From Blepharisma stoltei ATCC 30299 (lineage: Eukaryota > Protista > Ciliophora), in contig CBFDEM010000046.1 in assembly GCA_965603825.1 (NCBI GenBank), positions 682,001 to 746,000 on the forward strand: a stretch of 64,000 bases of DNA. Direction: 5' to 3'. The first letter of the stretch is position 1. Every line of letters begins with the position of its first letter. The translations under genes were made by a program, and so were the position numbers. This document shows, one piece after another, positions 62,070 through 64,000 of the stretch. The notes under the pieces were generated by a model. The model did no database searches. It was not told where the DNA came from and saw nothing but the letters and a program-made list of their open reading frames with translations.

Positions 62070-62120
62070 TTTTCATTATTTTTGGCTTTATTTTCATTAT
62101 TTTAGCTTTATTTTCATTAT
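62070..62120. repeat. Short ~20-nt tandem repeat (~2.5 copies) in divergent intergenic region
   Basis: TTTTCATTATTTTTGGCTTTA / TTTTCATTATTTTAGCTTTA / TTTTCATTAT. Confidence 0.6.
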
Positions 62121-62308
62121 AGATACTTTAATCCAATCCCTATGTTTTAAATTCAAAATTACACTTTAAGACTTCTTCATTTTAAATTGCCCGCTTCTAG
62201 TTTCTCAATCCTAAATACCTTTCTTTATTATCATCACTCTAAAATTTCTCTTGTCTTTTCCTTATCTTTCATTCCTATCCAGACCTTATAATAATAGGTG
62301 AAAAAATT

Positions 62309-63361
62309 ATGACAGAAGACCATTCCCCAAAGAAAACCCAACTGGAAGAATTTTTATCCAGTATCAGTGACAACTACAGCAGGTACGAAACAGACGCGAC
62401 GCTTGATAATTCTCAAGCAATTTCAAACCAAAACGAGCTCGTCGACAAATCAGGTTGACTCCTCAAGAAATCTAACAACTTCCTACGAGGTTACCAGCAG
62501 CGATATTTTGTATTACGAGATAAAAGGCTAGTCTACTTCAGAAAAGAGTCCGACCCTCAGCCAGCTGGAATTATTAATTTTAATCTTATAACAGTTGACG
62601 TACAAGTATACGACCCAGAAAGGCCAAGAAAAATTTTTATCAAGCCTTTAGGCGCCAAAAGGTGTTTTGTGCTAAAATCAACTGATCCTAAAGAAATTGT
62701 TGATTGGGCTATGGCTTTACATAAACATATTACGTATTCTGATGGGAGAAAATTGGACATGACAACTATAAGTATGCAAAAGGAATTCTGGAGATTTGAC
62801 AGGGTTTCAGAAGAACAGTTCCGATACCAAGCTTGTACTGGAGATTTAATACTGTTTAAAGGGAAAAGTGTTGCAGCGAAGCTGCAACGAAGCGTTTTAA
62901 GAGGCAGGTATGACCATGTTGCTTTATTACTGTGCTATTCGACTGGGGATATAGCAATTCTTGAAGCGACTGGAGATGATGGGGTTGCCATAGTTCAATG
63001 GGATGACTTTTTGAGGTATGGCTGGCATCGGCTTTATAAAAGAATTGCATTCCGCAAGCTGACTATGAACAGAACAGAAGAAACTTTGACAAAATTGCAA
63101 GGATTTATTGATAATGCTAGAGGGAAAAAGTATAAAATTTCATATAAAAAAGTATTTGGAATTGATCAAAGGAGGCAGCCTGGAACTGAAGATAATTATT
63201 TTTGCTCAGAGCTGATTGCTTCAGCTTATAAAGCCTTAGGAATTCTAGATGAAAATATTCCTTCAAGCAGGTATTGGCCAGGGGATTTCGAAAGCAAAAA
63301 CTCGATACCTTTGATGGACGCTGAGCTTGGTGAAGAAATCATGGTTGATTTCGAACTGTAA
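62309..63361 (+). CDS. PH domain plus permuted papain-like (NlpC/P60, YiiX/C92-type) domain protein (~350 aa)
   Basis: KSG-W(TGA 62456-62458)-LLKK...YQQRYFVL...LVYF; TGDLILFKG, YDHVALL, YFCSELIASAY. Confidence 0.85.
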
Positions 63362-63549
63362 GCGAGCATAAAAAATTAATAAAAATTATTGTGAATTAAA
63401 ATTTTTATTTTTTTAAATACGATTCTTGATGTTTCAATTCGCTAATTAATTATTTCCTATCATAAGCAATAAATGCAAAAATTTCTTACTTCAGCCTCCT
63501 CTTTTTAGTTGAAATTTCTTTATTATAGATTTTATATTTTGTATAGAAT

Positions 63550-64000
63550 ATGACAGAAAACACTTAGTAATTTCTAATCAGCCTTGAAATCCAAACGTCC
63601 ACTTGGCATCGTGACACCAACTGTCTCTACGATTATCAAGCTACCGTCACAACCAAAAATCATTTTACTCTAAATTATTCCGCAATTTTGCATAGAGCGA
63701 ATAATTCCTGCATCCTGAACAGCTCAAGCTGCCACCGAAAGCTTACTGAAGACTCAAACCCCATTTTATCAATAAAAGCACGTGGGGGCGAGTTTACTAT
63801 CCAGCAAGCTGGCGATTCTTTAAACGAACGCCTTTGACTAGTCATAAAATCCATTCGAAACAGCGGCATCAAAGGCTACAAAATTTGTGAAGGCGACTGG
63901 ATTAGGCTAGGCCGCGTTCGTCTACAAGTAAAGCGCATCTGTACAAATCCCAAGGCAAATTTAGCGATCCCAATAGAGTCGAATATAGAAAAAGCGAATT
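63550..64000 (+). CDS. Paralog of the RINGv-FHA gene (5' part; runs off window; not in ORF track)
   Basis: 15-nt intron 63567-63581; STWHRDTNCLYDYQ and ERLWLVIK...GDWIRLGRVRLQVK align with STWLRETHGLFDYE and EKMWQVIK...GDWIKLGRIRLHIK. Confidence 0.8.

Overview
AT-rich, very gene-dense eukaryotic DNA that reads as a heterotrich ciliate macronuclear chromosome, most consistent with Blepharisma (inference). Two features explain why the supplied ORF track is fragmented: TGA encodes Trp (it sits at invariant Trp positions, while every complete gene ends in TAA/TAG), and genes carry tiny 15-16 nt GT-AG introns. Re-reading with these rules gives about 43 protein genes, several absent from the ORF track, plus two pseudogenes and a box C/D snoRNA of the SNORD31/snR67 type. 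Best leads: a stand-alone dynein stalk/microtubule-binding-domain protein with no motor ring next to a decayed tandem copy; a tandem trio of OSCA/TMEM63 channels with apparent intron gain/loss; competing 15/19-nt splice acceptors; unannotated microproteins; and unusual domain fusions (DIX-J, RING/TRAF-Btk, UBL-LRR, TM-U-box, GAF-only, PH-papain-like). No rRNA, tRNA, CRISPR array, telomere or transposase was seen. All family calls come from motifs recognised by eye; no searches were run.
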